24,655 nt of DNA, from positions 1 through 24,655 of IMG/VR virus record IMGVR_UViG_3300005915_002008. One strand, given 5' to 3'. This document shows positions 23,121 to 24,655 of the stretch, in pieces (the stretch's first letter is position 1; each line of letters begins with the position of its first letter). The position numbers and the translations under genes were made by a program. Under the pieces are notes generated by a model. That model saw only the letters and a program-made list of their open reading frames with translations. It did no database searches and was not told where the DNA came from. This stretch comes from a virus.

Positions 23121-23273
23121 ATGTTTAAGTATGTGTATTTATGTGAGATTTATATTGGCCTTGAGGTGTACAAGCACAAGATTTTCAATTCAAAAGTTAA
23201 TGCAACACGATGGGTACAGAATAACGCGAGCATAATGGAAGATTACCAGATTAAAGAAATGCAGGTGTATTGA
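23121..23273 (+). CDS. Small hypothetical protein, 50 aa (MFKYVYLCEIYIGLEVYKHKIFNSKVNATRWVQNNASIMEDYQIKEMQVY)
   Basis: Hand translation; fills the gap between the resolvase and the next gene. Confidence 0.55.
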   Translation: MFKYVYLCEIYIGLEVYKHKIFNSKVNATRWVQNNASIMEDYQIKEMQVY

Positions 23274-23279
23274 TAATTC

Positions 23280-23471
23280 ATGGTAGTAAGGGGAGATCAC
23301 ATAGACTCGGGATTAAAGATTCATAACTCGGGAAAGACACAGGGATCGAGTTGTAGTATAATTCATAAAATGCGAGCGAACAGACTTATGAAGTTTATAT
23401 TTCAAAAGGATTTAACAGATGAAGAATTACAGGATTACATTTTATATGATAAAATTAAAAAGGAGAAATAA
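23280..23471 (+). CDS. Small hypothetical protein, 63 aa
   Basis: ORF track; AGGTG SD upstream. Confidence 0.6.
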   Translation: MVVRGDHIDSGLKIHNSGKTQGSSCSIIHKMRANRLMKFIFQKDLTDEELQDYILYDKIKKEK

Positions 23472-23474
23472 TTT

Positions 23475-23846
23475 ATGTTACTAGAAAAAATACAAAATCA
23501 AGAAAAAGAGATTGAAAGCAATAATACAAGATTGCTAAATGTAAAGCGTGAATTTCAGGACAAAATTGAGACACTAAAAAAGAAGTTCAGTAATAAAGAC
23601 ACTAAAGAATTTTGTGATATATTTTTCAGAGCACCCTCAGCAGAGAAGTATAGCTTCGAAGAATCTCAGATTAATATTATTAAGTATAAAATAATTAAAC
23701 AAGATATTAAAACAAATAAAGGCGATTCTAAGATTGATAAAAATGTAGTGTTATTTTCAATTAATGTAACTATAAATCAATTCAAGGAAAGATTTGATGA
23801 AATCAATAATATTTTAGTAAACTTAAAAGATATAATGGAGGAATGA
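23475..23846 (+). CDS. Hypothetical coiled-coil protein, 123 aa
   Basis: ORF track; AAGGAG SD. Confidence 0.7.
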   Translation: MLLEKIQNQEKEIESNNTRLLNVKREFQDKIETLKKKFSNKDTKEFCDIFFRAPSAEKYSFEESQINIIKYKIIKQDIKTNKGDSKIDKNVVLFSINVTINQFKERFDEINNILVNLKDIMEE

Positions 23847-24112
23847 ATATGGTAAAAAAGAAAATAGTAAAAAGAAAGAAAAAGAATGATATGGTTGTAT
23901 TAAATCAAAAGAATATAATCAAGAGTTTAGAGCATGAAATTGATACAGACATACAAACTGTTTTAAAAAATAAAGTAAAAAATAAGTTAAAACAAATCAG
24001 AAAGACAAAGAAGATATTATCAATGCAAGAAATCGATTTACAAGACATTTTAACAGGAAAAAAGAACTTCTCGGAGTCTGACTTACTTTTTGAAGATTCT
24101 GAAGAATGGTGA
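23843..24112 (+). CDS. Hypothetical basic protein with an acidic tail, 89 aa
   Basis: ORF track; GGAGG SD; ATGA overlap. Confidence 0.7.
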   Translation: MNMVKKKIVKRKKKNDMVVLNQKNIIKSLEHEIDTDIQTVLKNKVKNKLKQIRKTKKILSMQEIDLQDILTGKKNFSESDLLFEDSEEW

Positions 24113-24459
24113 TTTTAATGAGAACATCAATGGGATTTAATACAAAAAATATAGAAGATAAGTTTTATATATTTAATAAAACTGCATATGTTTCGATGTA
24201 TGATACTATGTATATACTAAAAGATATTAAAGTACAAAATATAGATGTTACAATTGATAATGGAATACAACCATATTATACATTAAACGATAGGGTTGAG
24301 CATAGAAAAGAATTCAATTTAACAAATATGAATTTTAGTATTACTGGTGAAAAGCTAGAAGTTTCACAGGGTGAAGATTACATTGATGTTTTAGTTAAGA
24401 ACATTAGCACTGATAAATTGCTTAATATGCTATATAAAAAAATGAAGACTAGAAAATAA
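24106..24459 (+). CDS. Hypothetical protein, 117 aa
   Basis: ORF track; overlaps the upstream stop. Confidence 0.65.
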   Translation: MVILMRTSMGFNTKNIEDKFYIFNKTAYVSMYDTMYILKDIKVQNIDVTIDNGIQPYYTLNDRVEHRKEFNLTNMNFSITGEKLEVSQGEDYIDVLVKNISTDKLLNMLYKKMKTRK

Positions 24460-24473
24460 TAAAGTGAATAATT

Positions 24474-24655
24474 ATGAAGATTGAGGTTTCAATGATTGTT
24501 AAGAATGAAGAAGCAGTGCTAGAGCGTTGTCTCGAGTCAGTCAAGGATGCGGATTTGATTACGATAATCGACACAGGATCGACTGATAAAACAATTAAGA
24601 TCGGTAAGAAGTACACAAGCAAGATTTATTATGGTGATAGATACAAATGGCGAGG
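24474..24655 (+). CDS. Glycosyltransferase family 2 (GT-A fold), 5' part only, truncated by the window end
   Basis: Hand translation MKIEVSMIVKNEEAVLERCLESVKDADLITIIDTGSTDKT...; classic MIVKNEE and DTGSTD motifs. Confidence 0.85.
   Translation, partial: MKIEVSMIVKNEEAVLERCLESVKDADLITIIDTGSTDKTIKIGKKYTSKIYYGDRYKWR

Noticed and set aside
1-24655. Apparent excess of TCGA sites
   Set aside because: A rough by-eye tally (about 60-70) is near what the base composition would predict; a proper k-mer test is needed before any claim.
1-24655. Alternative genetic code (stop-codon reassignment) to explain the many short left-arm ORFs
   Set aside because: Long genes are intact in the standard code, all three stops are used, and the short ORFs have their own SD motifs.

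Overview
This is a very AT-rich, gene-dense window that most likely comes from a large dsDNA virus or other extrachromosomal element of an archaeon. The host inference rests on GGTGA/GGAGTGA/GGAGG Shine-Dalgarno motifs, nine copies of a TATA-box promoter, an MCM helicase, a tRNA-Thr with U73 and no encoded CCA, and an archaeal-type ribbon-helix-helix mini-gene. Two arms diverge from an AT-rich non-coding gap at 6840-7588. The left arm (minus strand) holds tRNA-Thr(UGU), about 20 mostly small hypothetical genes (several Cys-rich) whose junctions carry a covarying hairpin and shared RBS blocks, a repeat island (13-bp tandem array, perfect 28-bp palindrome, 20-bp inverted repeat) and a possible small terminase subunit. 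The right arm (plus strand) is a replication/recombination module: RHH protein, divergent MCM, RHH plus NUMOD3 endonuclease insertion, AEP primase, putative SSB, a PD-(D/E)XK nuclease-UvsW helicase fusion, a DNA methyltransferase fused to a clamp-loader N-terminal stub, a family A DNA polymerase, a BCS1-like AAA+ ATPase, a RecU/Hjc-like resolvase and a truncated GT2 glycosyltransferase. No capsid, portal, large terminase or integrase gene is recognisable. All protein calls come from motif recognition by eye, not database searches.
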